A DNA stretch of 64,000 nt from Squalus acanthias (Eukaryota), in NCBI GenBank assembly GCA_030390025.1, contig CM059438.1, positions 57,538,001 through 57,602,000 of the forward strand. The letters run 5' to 3'. Shown here piece after piece: positions 37,881-51,123 of the stretch (its first letter is position 1; each line of letters starts with the position of its first letter). The position numbers and the translations under genes are program-made. Below the pieces are notes generated by a model that saw only the letters and a program-made list of their open reading frames with translations, did not search any database and was not told the origin of the DNA.

Positions 37881-40800
37881 GGGGGTGAAATTAGGTATCG
37901 CCCCGTCTGGGGTGTTAACTTTTGAAATTTTGAAAATTTAGTGCCATGCGATAAGGATTCTGAACTTCTAGTAAATTGGGTGTTAGCGCCCCAGGAAGGA
38001 AGTGGGACGCTAAATCAAGTGCAATGACCTCAGTGGGGCACTACAGGGGTGCTACCAGCAGAGCGCAAATGAATTTCAGGTGCAATGCATTCAGCAATGA
38101 TCCTTCACACTGATTGCTTCCAGTTTTTAAAGGGGAGGTTGCATCATTGTACAGATGCTCATTTTCAGCATTGCTGGCTTTGAGGCGACCTGCGAGCAAG
38201 TGAATCCCCTGATGGCTCTGGCTGTTCCCACCCCCAGGGAAAAAGCTTGTTGGTTCACAGATGAGGCATTGGAGGCACTGGTGGCTGGAGTGGAGCGAAG
38301 GAGGGCAATGCTGTTCCCGGCCACATGAAGGAGGTCATCGCCTCAGGTGTTCAGAGCAATGTGGAGGGAAGTGGCCCAGGAGGTCTCGACCAGTAGTGTG
38401 GTGGAACGCAGCCTGATGCAGTGTCGCAAGAAATTCAGTGACCTCAGTCGGGTGGTCAAGGTGAGTACATGCTTCAACAGCTCCTGCATACCAGCATCTG
38501 AACCTCAGTCTGTGCACACTGCGCAAACAACCACACCGCCACCACTCACCCACCAAACATCTTCACCTACTCTAACTCACATCCACATCTCACGCCTTGC
38601 CTACGATCACAGCTATTCAACGATGGCAGGCATATCTCCCAAACACATAGCTGGACTCTGACTCAAACACATTTGTTTCTCTTGCAGGCCAAGATGGCCC
38701 ACAATAGGAGGGAGCAGCAGAGAACAGACGGGGGTGATGCGCAGCTCCAGCAGCTCTCAGACCTTGAGGAGCGAGTGCTGCGACTCATTGGGCAGCAGGT
38801 GGTGGGCAGCAGGTGGTGGGCACCGTGGCCGTTGGTGACGTCGACCCCGTTGGGGGCAAAAACGATATTTTCAGCCCCTCTCCTTCTCTCATCCCACTTC
38901 CCCCTCACACCACAAACCTTTCTCACTTTGCACCTCCTGAGAATGTCTGCATTCCTTGCTCCATTCCTGCCCCCCTGCCCTCACCTTAATGCGAGTGTTG
39001 TGCCTTTATCTTTTCAGATAATCAGCAACCAGATGACCAGCATATCCCTGAGCCCCCCACTGGGAGTGAGGAAGGAGAAGAGGAGGAGGAGCAAAGCACT
39101 GCGTCACTGCATCTCTCACCCGCAGGCACCCCCTCAGATACTGGCACTATGCGATCTTTAGAGGCAAGTTTAGTAGAGGGGTCTGCACTGGGTGATGCAC
39201 TGGGGATGAGCAGTCTGCAGCAAGGCCAGGGGGAAAGGGTAGCTCGGGAGCCAGCTCACTGGTGGGCGAGTTCGCGCGCAAGTTCTGCTGCACAGGACTC
39301 AAATGAGGATCTCGATGGGGACGCGTTCACAAGAAGGGTGATGGCCATGCACACTGAGATGATAGGTGCAATGGCAAGGGTGCCTGAGAGCCTCTCGGCA
39401 ATGATAAGGAGCATGGAGGAGTCTGCCTCCAACATTGCACACCATGGAGCTCATCATTTCCACTGTGCAGAGGATAGTGGACCCCCAGAGAGACCGTGCA
39501 GATCCAGACCTCATGACGTGTGTCATGGACGATGTGGCAGCTTCCACTGCAGCACAGGTGGAAGCTACGCAATGCCTTAGTGCTGTAATGCAGTCAATGG
39601 TTGCTGCCATCGAGTCTCAGACTGCTCTCATGCAGTCTCAGCTTGATGCCACGAAAGCTCTGTTTGCTGCCATCGTCGCCGAGTCTACTACCGTCCACCA
39701 GGGATCGCACAGTGTCGCAGCAGGCCAGCAATCTGTGCTTCAGCAGATTGGTAGGGATGCTGAGGTGCTGCCCCAGGGGAGTGGGAGTAGGTCAGTGGAG
39801 CACGAACCTGCTGTCCTCTCTCAGGATGACAGCATTCCTGATCCCATCACTGCCACTCCGCCACTGCATCTGTCATCCAGCCAGCCTAGAATGCCGCCGC
39901 CCAGCCTGAGGTGGTGCAGTGTACAGCCGGGCCTTACAGGCCCAGAGCTGGTCGAGGGCGTCCTGCAAGGCCATCTGTAGTCTCTGGCGCAGACACTCAG
40001 CAGCCTTCCACCAGCCCTGCTGCAGCCACTGGGGAGACACAATGTAGGAGCACTCAATTAGGAAAGGGGACTCTAAAGAGGAGAGGCAGGGGTTTGTACG
40101 AGGGTGATTAGTCAATATTGTTGTATATATGTGGTTAATGGTTTTTGATAAATTTATTACTGGAATGTTGCAGATTTGGTGCTGTGTTTCATTTCAGTTC
40201 TGGGGTGTGGTATGGAATCACAAAGTGATGGAATGATGGCGACGTGCTCAGCAACCGGAAAGAGGACTCGAAGGGGGCGATCTTGCCAGCCCTGGAGAGG
40301 CGGGTATGGAGGCGGGACTGCCGGGAAAATGGCAGAATCTGGGGGCGGGTACTGAACCCACCCCCAACCCGCCTCCGTGCCATCTTGCCAGGAAGCGGGT
40401 AGCCGACTCGCGTCAGGTCCCATCTCCTTGGAGGCGGGAAGGGGATTAGTGCCACTTATCGGCCTGTTAACAGGTAGTTAACAGGCAGATAAGAGGATTA
40501 TCCCCATTTTACCCACACAAGTGCGGGTTTCCCGAAGGCTCCGAACCCCGCCAGGGTCACCGAGGCGAGCAGTGGGTCTACCGGAGTCAGAGGGGTGCAA
40601 AAGTGCGTTGTGGAGGTAAGTGATGGGTGCAAGCGTGGAGAGGTGAGTATGTGAGGTAAGTGGAAAGTGTTAGTAAAGGTTTACTTACCTTTGTTTCTTC
40701 CTGCAGGCTTCAAGAGTTGGGTATGCGGAGAGTCTCACACCTCTGCGGCAGAGATGACAGATGGCCACTGCATTCTCCAATGCAGCAACCATCTAATTTC

Positions 40801-42754
40801 TGCTAAATAAAGAGGTTTGATGAGTCTTGAATTCAAGAACTCATCAAACTACAGAGAATGTCAGTGTTTAACAGCTTCACAGAGCTGTCAACCGATGACA
40901 ATTCATCTGTCAAAATTTTTTGACATATGAAACGTCATACGTTGACGTTCTCTGTAACCGGCTTTCCCTTAATTGGCCTGCTAAACCCGCTGGGCGGGCT
41001 TAACAAGGTCAATCAAGGGAAAATAGCGTGGGTTGGCCACAAGTCGATGGAGGTGGGACTGAAACCCGACAAGTGGGAGTCCTGCCTCCAAAAGCTCCCC
41101 TTTGGCAAAATCCAGCCCGAAGTCACTGGAAACGAAGTTTGATGAGGCAGTCACGGACCAACCTTGCAGAACGCCGATTGAGTGGCTGCCTCCTCCGTCG
41201 CTGCTGCTCGTCCTCCTGCTCCTCTTCTTCTTCCTCCTCCTGAGATGGTGGAGTTATGCTTGGTGGCAATGGCTGTGCCCTCATAATGGCCAAGTTGTGC
41301 AGCATGCAGCAGATGACGATGAAAAGTGACATCCGCTCAGCCGAGTACTGGAGGGCACCTCCCGAGCGGTCAAGGCATCAGAACCGTTGCTTGAGCACTC
41401 CGATGGTCTGCTCAATGATGTTCCTGGTGGCAGCATAGCTCTCATTGTATGAGTGCTGGCTAGGAGTGTTGGGGTTGCGGAGGGGAGTCATGAGCCAGGT
41501 GGGGAGCGGATAGCCCTTGTCTCCCAGCAGCCAGCTGCAATCTTGATGTGGTGGCTGGAATAGATCTGGCACAGGATGAAGGCACTGTGGCTGCTGCCAA
41601 GATAGCGGGCATTGATGGTCAGGATTCGTCGTGTGTGTGGTTGCACACCAACTGCACATTAAGTGAGTGGTAGCCTTTGTGGTTACGGAGTACCTCAGGA
41701 TTGTTATAAGGTGCCCGCAAAGCGATGTGGGTGCAGTCAATGGTGCCCTGCACCACGGGGAAGCCCACTATTCTGACAAAGCCACATGCACGCTCGCGCT
41801 GCTTCTCTCTGGTCATGGGGAAGGAAATGTAGTCCCTTCTCCTTCTGTAGAGAGCATCTGTGACCTTGCGGATGGAGCAATGGATGGCAAACTGGGAGAT
41901 GTTGTAGATGTCGTCTGTCGCACACTGGAATGATCCGCTGGCGTAGAAATTGAGGGGGACGGTGACCTTGACTGCCACTGAGAGCCGTGGTAGTCCTGAT
42001 CTGAGGCTCGAGGTCTGGCTGCAGGATGTGGCAGAGCTCTGTGACCACATCCTTGCTGAAGCGGAGCCTTCTAACACACTGGTCCTCCGTGAAATTCATG
42101 TAGGAGAACTGTTGCCAGAAAACTCTGGGTGGGTAAGGCCTCCTGTTGAAAGCCCTGTTGGCCCTCCTACCTCTGGCCACATTTTGCACTCTTTCTCTGT
42201 GCCTCAGTTGCCTCCGACGTTGACACTGGAGGGCGAGGCCAAGTGCCAGTACAGCCCCCATGAAAGGATCCAAATATTGCACTTTCAAATCCCCCCTCAA
42301 TGAAACTGAAGAATCTTTATGTGCCAGAACACTCGTTAAAATGCAAAAAAGCTGAAATTGGTCAAAAGGCCTCTTTGCCTATGTGAAACTAACAATGCAG
42401 CATTGTTGGCCGATGAAAATTAAACCGGATGTGGACGCCTTTAAATCGCGCTCCTCCAGAGGACATCCGACTTAAAGCCACCTCCTGTTAACGGCAGGTG
42501 CACAAGCAGGGAGCGAGAGGGAATTTTTCATCTGGGGCGCTACCAGGGCGCTGTGCACGGTAATGACGTCACGCTCTCCGGGCGCAGGAGATCGGGGCGC
42601 AACGTCTTACCACCGCCGCAAAACTCCTGCCAAATTTAGCGGGAGGCGTTGATATTGCCGCGCCCGGCCGCAAACCCATTTGTGCCCCGTTAGCGCCACC
42701 CCCCCACCCCCCGAGGTGCTAACGGGAGGCGCAAAAGAGCCCAATGTCTAGCCC
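37881..42754. mobile_element. Harbinger H6, near-complete, convergent Myb/SANT (+, ATG 38212) and DDE (-, ~41125-42263)
   Basis: GGGGGTGAAATT / AATGTCTAGCCC ends; [65 protein letters not shown]; stops and frameshifts present. Confidence 0.92.
40273..41118. mobile_element. MITE family M1, copy 2, nested in H6
   Basis: GGGGGCGATCTTGCC / GGCAAAATCCAGCCC; TSD GAA; colinear with 23060-23943. Confidence 0.88.
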
Positions 42755-44356
42755 TATATCTTTAGTCATGCAGGGAGCTGTAGCTTTGGATGCCTTTTCT
42801 TTCCCCCTCGTGGGAATGTGTCTACTCTATAAGAACAAAAGAACATAAGAAATAGAAACAAGAGTAGGCCATTCAGCCCCTCGAGCCTGCTCCGCCATGC
42901 AATAAGATCACGGCTGATCTTCTACCTCAACTCCACCTTCCCGCACTATCCCCATAGCCCTTGAGTCCCTTAATATCCAACTATCTCCTCTTTGAAAGCC
43001 TCCCATTGCTCATTTATTGTTTTACCTGCCAATTTTTGATTCCAATCCACCTGGGCCAGATCCCTTTTCAACTCACTGAAATTAGCTCTCCTCTAGTTGA
43101 ATAATTTCACATTTGATTTTTCCTTGTCCTTTTCCATAACTACTCTAAACCTAATGATATTGTGATCACAGTTTCCCAAATGCTCCCTCACTGAAATATG
43201 CTCCAATTGCCCCACTTCTAGATCCAGAACTAGATCCAGCACTGCTTTCTTCCTCGTTGGGCTGGAAACATACTGATCAAGAAAGTTCTCTTGTACACAT
43301 TTCAGGAATTCCGCCCCCTCTTTACCATTTACACTGTTATTTCCCAGTCTAGATTAGGATAATTAAAGTCCCCCATTACCACTTCTCTAAAGTTCTTGCA
43401 TCTTTCTGCAATTTGCCTGAAAATTTGCTCCTCTGTTTCCTTCCCACTATTTGATGGTCTATAGTATTCACCCAGTCGCATAATATTGTTCCTAATTCTA
43501 AGCAAATAGATTCTGCCTTTGAGCTCTCAAGTGCATCATCCCTTTCTAGTGCTTTAACAGTATCTTTGATCAATACTGCCACCCCACTCCTCTTTTTTCC
43601 TTCCCTATCTTTCCTGAATGCATTGTAACCTGGAATATTAAGTGCCCATTCCTCCCCTTGTTTGAGTCAGGTCTCCGTTATTGCCACTATACCATAATCC
43701 CATGTGGCTACTTGTGCCTGCAGTTCACCTTTATTTACCACCACAGGCCAAGATCCAGGCTTGGAGCCACAGCTGAGCCTCAATTACAGCACAGAGTGGA
43801 CTGGTACATCTTGTTCTCCCAGCATACTGGCCACTAGATGTAACCATGGCTGGGACCGAGGAAATTCCCAGACAGGGAATTCCTTCTCTCGGCCATGCTC
43901 CTCCAAAGTCAGGGGCCAAATTTGAGGTGGACAATTCCATCCCAAACATCTTGGTTCAGACCTAATTCCCAGGCTGTGCTCCTGGTAGATTTATACATAG
44001 GAGTATGCTGGAAGGTCCCCAGAAATTGGGGTTTAAGTCTAAAATACAGTTGTAGCATGACAGTAAATTTGATGTTGCTGTAGAATGAGTGTGTATCACC
44101 GCACAACTTTTCCTGTAAAATACAATTGCAGTCATTATTTCAAAGACTGACAGTGGAGTACAATAACCTTAATAGCAGCAATAAGAAAGACAGTCCTGTA
44201 ATCAAGAACAATTTCCCTGAGGTGGTATTATGGGGTCCTGATTTTTCTGCTAACCTGACCATAAACAAGTAATGAATAGTGTGTTCTCCTTTAACAAGAG
44301 TACTTGTTTTGAAAGTGTTAATTCAGTCAGGGGCACAGTGAGTATGCTGTACTTAC

Positions 44357-44386
44357 GGCCGTGGAGGTAAGTGTGGCAGGGGTCTC
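44357..44386 (-). CDS. Host-gene microexon, 30 nt (RPLPHLPPRP)
   Basis: ctttgttctttttccag|GAGACCCCTGCCACACTTACCTCCACGGCC|gtaagt; symmetric phase 2. Confidence 0.8.
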
Positions 44387-44669
44387 CTGGAAAAAGAACA
44401 AAGAAACTTTCAGAGACCATGTTATCTTTTGTTCAGATCTTGGACAAGAAATCCAATCACACCCGGAATCCACTACACACACCTGTTCCAACTGACTCAG
44501 GCAGCACGCAATATTTGTACTGCCTGGCAATGTTCCCCTAATTTTTTTAAGGGGCTGCGCGGCTCATTCACAGTTTCGCGCATAAACATAACATTGAAAA
44601 CGCTGGTCCCGGGCTGTGCAGGACCGGTAAACAAGTGTTTCCCCGCCCAGTTTATAGGGAATGTTGCTG

Positions 44670-46880
44670 CCTGATCATTATCATGAGTCAGGCGTGCAAT
44701 CCTGTCACATTCAGTCGTGAATGGTGGTGGACCATTAAACAACTAACGGGAGGAGGCATCTATGAGGCGCTGTGGGCCATCAGCAGCAGCAGAATTGTAT
44801 TCCACCACAATCTGTAACCTCATTGCCCGCCATATCCCTCACTCTACCATTATCACCAAGCCAGGGGACCAACCCTGGTTCAATAAGGAGTGCAGAAGAG
44901 CATGCCAGGAGCAGCACCAGGCATACCTAAAAACGAGGTGCCAACCTGGGGAAGCTGCAACACAGGACTACATGAATGCTAAAAAGCGGAAGTAGCATGC
45001 TATAGACAGGGCTAAGCGATCCCACAATCAACGGATCAGATCAAAGCTCTGCAGTCCTGCCACATCCAGTCGTGAATGGTGGTGGACTATTAAACAATTA
45101 ACGGGAGGAGGAGGCTCCATGAATATCCCCATCGTCAATGATAGTGGAGCCCAGCACGTGAGTGCAAAAGACAAGGCTGAAGCGTTTGCAACCAACTTCA
45201 GCAAGAAGTGCCGAGTGGATGATCCATATCGGCCTCCTTCTGCGGTCCCCACCATCACATAAGCCAGTCTTCAGCCAATTTGATTTACTCCACGGAATAT
45301 CAAGAAACGGCTGAGCGCAAAGGCTATGGGGCCTGACAACATCCCGGCTATCGTGCTGAAGACTTGTGCTCCAGAACTAACCGCGCCTCTAGCCAAGCTG
45401 TTCCAGTACAACTACAACACTGGCATCTATCCGGCAATGTGGAAAACTGCCCAGGTATGTCCTGTCCACAAAAAGCAGGACAAATCTAATCCGGCCAATT
45501 ACCGTCCCATCAGTCTACTCTCAATCATCAGCTAAGTGATGGAAGGTGTCATCGACAGTGCTATCAAGCGGCACTTATTCACCAATAACCTACTTACTGA
45601 TGCCTAGTTTGGGTTCCGCCAAGACCACTCAGCTCCCGACCTCATTACAGCCTTGGTCAAAACAGGGACAAAGGAGCTGAATTCCAGAGGTGAGGTGAGA
45701 GTGACTGCCCTTGACATCAAGGCAGCATTTGACCGAGTATGGCATCAAGGAGCCCTAGTAAAACTGAAGTCAATGGGAATCAGGGGGAAAATGCTCCACT
45801 GGCTGGAGTCATACCTAGCACAAAGGAAGATGTTTGTGGTGGTTGAAGGTCATTCATCACAGTCCCAGGACATCGCTGCAGGAGTTCCTCAGGGCAGTGT
45901 CCTAGGCCCAACCATCTTCAGCTGCTTCATCAATGACCTTTCCTCCAACATAAGGTCAGAAATGGGGATGTTCGCTGATGACTGCACAGTGTTCAGCACC
46001 ATGCACAACTCCTCAGATAATGAAGCAGTCTGTGCCCGCATCTAGCAAGACCTGGACGACATTCAGGCTTGGGCTGATAAGTGGCAGGTAACTTTCGCGC
46101 CACAGAAGTGCCAGGCAATGACTATCTCCAACAAGCAAGAGTCTAACCACCTCCCCTTGACATTCAATGGCATTACCATCGCCGAATCCCCCACTATCAA
46201 CATCCTGGGGGTCACCATTGACCAGAAACTTAACTGGACCAGCCACATAAATACTGTGGCAACAAGAGCAGGTCAGAGGCTAGGTATTCTGTGGCGAGTG
46301 TCTCACCTCCTGACTCCCCAAAGCCTTTCCACCATCTACAAGGCACCAGTAAGGAGTGTGATGGAATACTCTCCACTTGCCTGGATGAGTGCAGCTCCAA
46401 CAACACTCAAGAAGCTCGACACCATCCAGGACACAGCAGCCCGCTTGATTGGCACCCCATCCACCACCTTGAACATTCACTCCCTCCACCACCGGCGTAC
46501 TGTGGCTGCAGTGTGTACCATCTACAAGATGCACTGCAGCAACTCGCCAAGGCTTCTTCGGTAGCACCTCCCAAACCCGCGACCTCTTCCACCTAGAAGG
46601 ACAAGGGCAGCAGGCGCATGGGAACACCACCACCTCCAAGTTCCCCTCCAAGTCACACACCATCCTGACTTAGAAGTATATCGCCGATCCTTCATCGTCG
46701 CTGGGTCAAAATCCTGGAACTCCCTACCTAACAGCACTGTGGGAGTACCTTCCCCACCCGGACTGCAGCGGTTCAAGAAGGTGGCTCACCACCGCCTTCT
46801 CATGGGCAACTAGGGATGGGCAATAAATGCTGGCCTTGCCAGCGACGCCCACATCCCACAGACGAATGATAAAAAAAAAT
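44670..46880 (+). mobile_element. CR1-group LINE family B, 2.2-kb ORF2/3' UTR copy
   Basis: DQPWFN, GPDNIP, ANYRPISLLS, ALDIKAAFDRVWH, GVPQGSVLGP, FADD; tail GAATGATAAAAAAAAA. Confidence 0.92.
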
Positions 46881-49756
46881 CTGGGGTGCAACCCACACTG
46901 CTCAGTGTGTGCATGCCTGTAGTGGGGGCTGGATATCGGGCATCTATGACACCGCATAAAAGCAACCAGCATCTCTTAAAGGGGAGGTGCATTCTGGTTG
47001 CGGAAAGCAGGGAAATATTTCCAGAAGGAGAGATGTCTGAAGCAAGTACTGAAAGGGCACTGAGATTTCCCGATGCTGCCTTGGAAGTTCTGGTGCAGGC
47101 AGTGGACAGGAAGAGGCACATCCTCTTCCCCAGGTATCAACTCCACTGTCAGTGGGAAAAGATAGCTGAGTATGTGAATGCTAGGAGCCTAGCATGCAGG
47201 ACATGGCTGCAATGCTTGAAGAAATTCAATTATCTCACTAGAGTTGTTCAGGTAAGAATACTGCTCTCTCATTCTCTGCTCACACCTTCACCACTTACAG
47301 CCTCACTAATCACAAGACTCCCCTCTTCCTCTTTCCTTCACCCTCCTACAATCACACCCCATTTCCTTCTCCTCATACTCACACATTCACCATTATTATC
47401 ACCCTCAATTATCCACAACTCACATCTTACACACAGAGTATCAATTATTCCACATCCTCCAAACATCGCACAAGACTCTCACTGATATACTCCCTTCTTC
47501 TTTACAGGAGAGGGTCGCACACAACTCGAGACAGCAGGCTGGCACCGAAGGAGAAAGAGCCTGCCTGAACACCCTCTCCCCCCTCGAAGAAAGCGTGCTG
47601 GCCATCGTGGGCAGGGGCAGAGTCGAGGCCATGATGACTGGCAATGCTGGAGGAAACGTTATGCAGGGTTTCTTTGTACCTAATCCTCTTTTTCCCTTCT
47701 GACTTCGATCTCATTCCACACACTCTGCATGACAAGCTGCAGATGCTTTCACCACCCACTATTCTCTCTCTGCTCTCAATTCACACCACAAGCTAACCCT
47801 TTTCAATCCCTTTCATTCCAGGAGCTGAGAATCTGGAAGCCCCTGTGCCAGTAGAGGAAGAGGAGGACAGCCTTCCTGAAGATGCACCGTCACTCAATCT
47901 GACCCTCGCAAGCACCAGCTCAGATACTGTCACCACACGCACTTTAGAGGTTAGGTTAGAGGAGGTTTCCACAGGTAGTAACTCACCAGGCACAAGTGTG
48001 CAGGAGCTAGGGAAGGGGGACGTCACAGGTGCCAGCTCGCCAGCGGGCCAGGTTGCATATGTAAAGGACTCAGATGCTGACTTCGAGGGCCTACGCTACC
48101 ATAGAAGGCTCATGAGCATCTACCAGGAAATGTTAGGTGCACTGGGCAGCCTGCCAAAGAGCTTGTGCACAATGTCGTGGAGCATAGAGGAATCCATATA
48201 CAACTTGTCTCACGGCTTTGCACAGAGCAAACATAGACTGAGCGGTCAGCTCCATAAACAACATGGTGGCGCACACCATGATGGAGCACCTTATGACAGC
48301 TTCCATGGCAGCAGAAACTACTGCCATAGAAGCTCATAGGCCTACTATACCAGCTGGCATGGAACCACAGACTGGTACACATCTTGGCTTCTGGAGTCAC
48401 TATTGAGAGGGGCTTCCAGGGAGTCACATCATGCCTGCACTCTGTTTATTAGCAGAGTCATCCTAGGAGAGTGGCCTTGGCTCCATGGGAGAGTCACCTG
48501 GTGTCCTCTCAGGATGACTGCATGCCTGTTCCTTGCAAGCCACTCTGCCAGTGCTCTTGTTAGTGTTGCACAGCCAGCCAGCCCAGACTGCTGCAGCCTA
48601 CGTCAAAATGCTGCCGTCTGTACCCAGCCTCTCTAGGCTCAGAGCTGCTCAAGGTCATCTTCCGAAGCGATCTGAAGTGTCCACAATGGATGCTCAGCAA
48701 CCTTCAATCTCCCAACATGTTGCATCTGGGGAAGCACCAGGATTGGAAAAATGAGCTCACAAGACAGGCACTAAGGACTTGCACAAGGGTGAGTAGTCAT
48801 TATTTTTGTCTATGCTGACATGATTTGTTTGTTAAATTTGTTTTTGATCTGCATTTTATGTTGGTATTTGTCTTTATTGTGAAGTGAAGGAGAGACCAAT
48901 AAGTTTGGAGTGAAGGAAGACAATCAGATGGTGGTTGTAAGAAGAGTGGTCAGGATTGTGGGACTGTTACTGAATGGGGGATGAAAGGGCTGACTTAGGT
49001 GAAGCAATCCTCGAAAAGCTGGTCTCTGTGAGCTCAGGCAGATAGGGGTTCTGGTGGTCGTTGCCTCTCCTCCTCTTTCTGCTCCTCATCCAGTACTTGT
49101 TGCTGCCCAGGTGGTGGTAAAGGCTTGTCCCTCATGATGGTGAAGTTGTGGAGCATGCAGCAGATGACTACTAATCTTGATACCTGCTCAGGGGTGTACT
49201 GTAAACCTCCTCCTGAACGGTCCAGACAGCAGAAGCATTGCTTGAGCTCGCTGATTATTTGCTCGATGATGTTTATTGTGGCAATATGGCTCTTGTTGTA
49301 GGCCTGCTCTGCAGTTGTGCGTGGGTTCCTGACAGGAGTCATGAGCCATGTCTGGAGGGAATAGCCCTTCTCGCCCAATAGCCAGCCTGTAACTTGGTGG
49401 CTTGATTGGAATCAAGGCGGCACAGAGGGCTGGTGCAGGATAGCGTGATGCACTGCCTGTGGTCACAATCCAGCTGTTTGCTGAGGCAGTGGAATCCCTT
49501 TTGATTGATAAAGATGCCAGACTGGTGATGCGGAGCACGCAAGGCAATGTCTGTGCAATAGCACCTTGCACCTTAGTGAAGCCGGCCATGCGTGCAAAAC
49601 CTGCTTTGCTCTGTCCAGAATGAAGTTAGATGCAGGTCTTTCTCCTAGTGTAGAGAAACCTCGGTGACCTCCCTGATACATCGCTGTACTGCAAACTGTG
49701 AGATGTTGCTGATGTCACCTGTTCCATCCTGAAAGGTGCCCATGTCATTAAAGTTC

Positions 49757-49834
49757 TGAGGAAGGGGTGTAAGCTCCGAAAGCTTGTGATTTCAAATAAA
49801 ACTGTTGGACTATAACCTGGTGTTGTGCGACTTC
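49757..49834 (+). mobile_element. Minimal Penelope-like insertion P3 (degenerate hammerhead plus 3' end only)
   Basis: CTGAGGA..GCTCCGAAAGCTT followed by the family 3' end; 12-bp TSD TCATTAAAGTTC. Confidence 0.8.
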
Positions 49835-50775
49835 TCATTAAAGTTCAGGGCGACGGTGATCTTGAAACCACAGGCAGTACTGTCCATGCCCCGGTTTGAA
49901 GCTGGAGTTGTGGCTGCAGCAGGTGGCCTAGCTCAGTGACAGACTCTTTGTTGAAGCGAAGGCACCTCATACATTGCTCCTCAATAAAGATGATGATGAT
50001 GGGGACGTGCTCCCTGAAGATGGTCTGTGGATATGGCTCCTGAGTGCCCTCTTCCGCCAGCTTCTCCTGCTCTGTGGTGTCTTCCTTGCTGCTGCCCCTC
50101 GCCCTCTAGCCCCAAATGCAGCCCTATGAGACCATCCATGTCTGCAGCCAGACTATTTGTGAGACAGTGAGTAACAACAGTGCAAGACGTCTCTCTGTGC
50201 AGACAAAGTGAACTTTCCAGACTGAAACAACACCAAAAACGGCCAGAAGTCAAGCAGTAGTCAGAAATTACAAACCAGCAACTGGCCTGTAAATGCTGCA
50301 TGATCCCTTTAAATAGCGCTGGTGAGGGGGCCTTTTTGCCAGTTAGTGCCATGTAATGATGTGTGAGGTCAGCATGTGGCGAGTGAAGCACTGGGGCGCT
50401 CCAAAATCAAAAACGGATCCTGCAAGAAGCGCAGGATCCTAATTTATATATGTATTCAGAACTCAGAATGTAGCCGGCGTGCTCGCTTGTCCCCAGTGTG
50501 ACCTCCACTACCAAACTGGCGGGTGGCAAACTTCTGGCTAGAAGTGCACACGCATCTTGCCCGTCCTATTGGGGGTTTCCTGGCCACTTAGTGCCTGAAA
50601 TATGGGCGGTGCGCGGCCAAATTTCTAGGTCCATGTGTTTCGCTGTTACATTTGACTTAATATACAGGACCTGGTAGAGTGAGACTTATTTCAACATAAA
50701 ATGCGTAAATAATAACTATATACGAAATAGAGAACACTTATTAAAAATTTAGCAACATAGCACCATAATCACAAT

Positions 50776-51123
50776 GGGCTCGATATTAACCCCCCCCCCC
50801 CACCCCACAATGGGCTAGTCCTTTATTCTGAGCCTCAAGCAGGTAAATGCAATGTGTTCAGGAGGTCCATTTTACCAGTTTCACTCTCTGTGTTTCCAAT
50901 CTATCGTCCAACCTTCTCCTCCACCCAGTCAATCACTCGGCAGGGGGACGGTTTTCCTACCTGTCAATTTGGCCAGCTGCCAGGTGGGAAACGGAAGCAA
51001 AACATTATAATGAGATCCTGCAGTTAAATTCGGAAGGACCGCTGCATCCCTGGCCTCAACGGGTACTTCAGCCGCTTTCAGCCTCCCCCACTCCCTTCCC
51101 GCCTGCCTGGAAATATTGGGGCC
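50776..51123. mobile_element. Short Harbinger-type MITE
   Basis: GGGCTCGATATT / AATATTGGGGCC termini. Confidence 0.5.

Larger units (their letters stand above)
36385..43730 (-). mobile_element. Long decayed CR1 ORF2 interrupted by Harbinger H6 and a CR1 tail (42830-42985)
   Basis: EN-like sequence at 43100-43730 and RT-like sequence at 36385-37880; joins across TSD TAT. Confidence 0.8.
44442..50632. mobile_element. Harbinger H7 (Myb +, ATG ~47033; DDE -, ~48995-50140) carrying LINE B and P3 insertions
   Basis: RFPDAALEVLVQAV..WEKIAEYVNA..W.QCLKKFNYL; GEKGY.LQTWLMTP..CCMLHN; left boundary (GGACAAGAAAT vs ATTTCTAGGTCC) is tentative. Confidence 0.78.

Noticed and set aside
41125..42300. Domesticated HARBI1 or MSANTD/NAIF1 host genes
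   Set aside because: Frameshifts, stops, TIRs and TSDs show these are transposon copies
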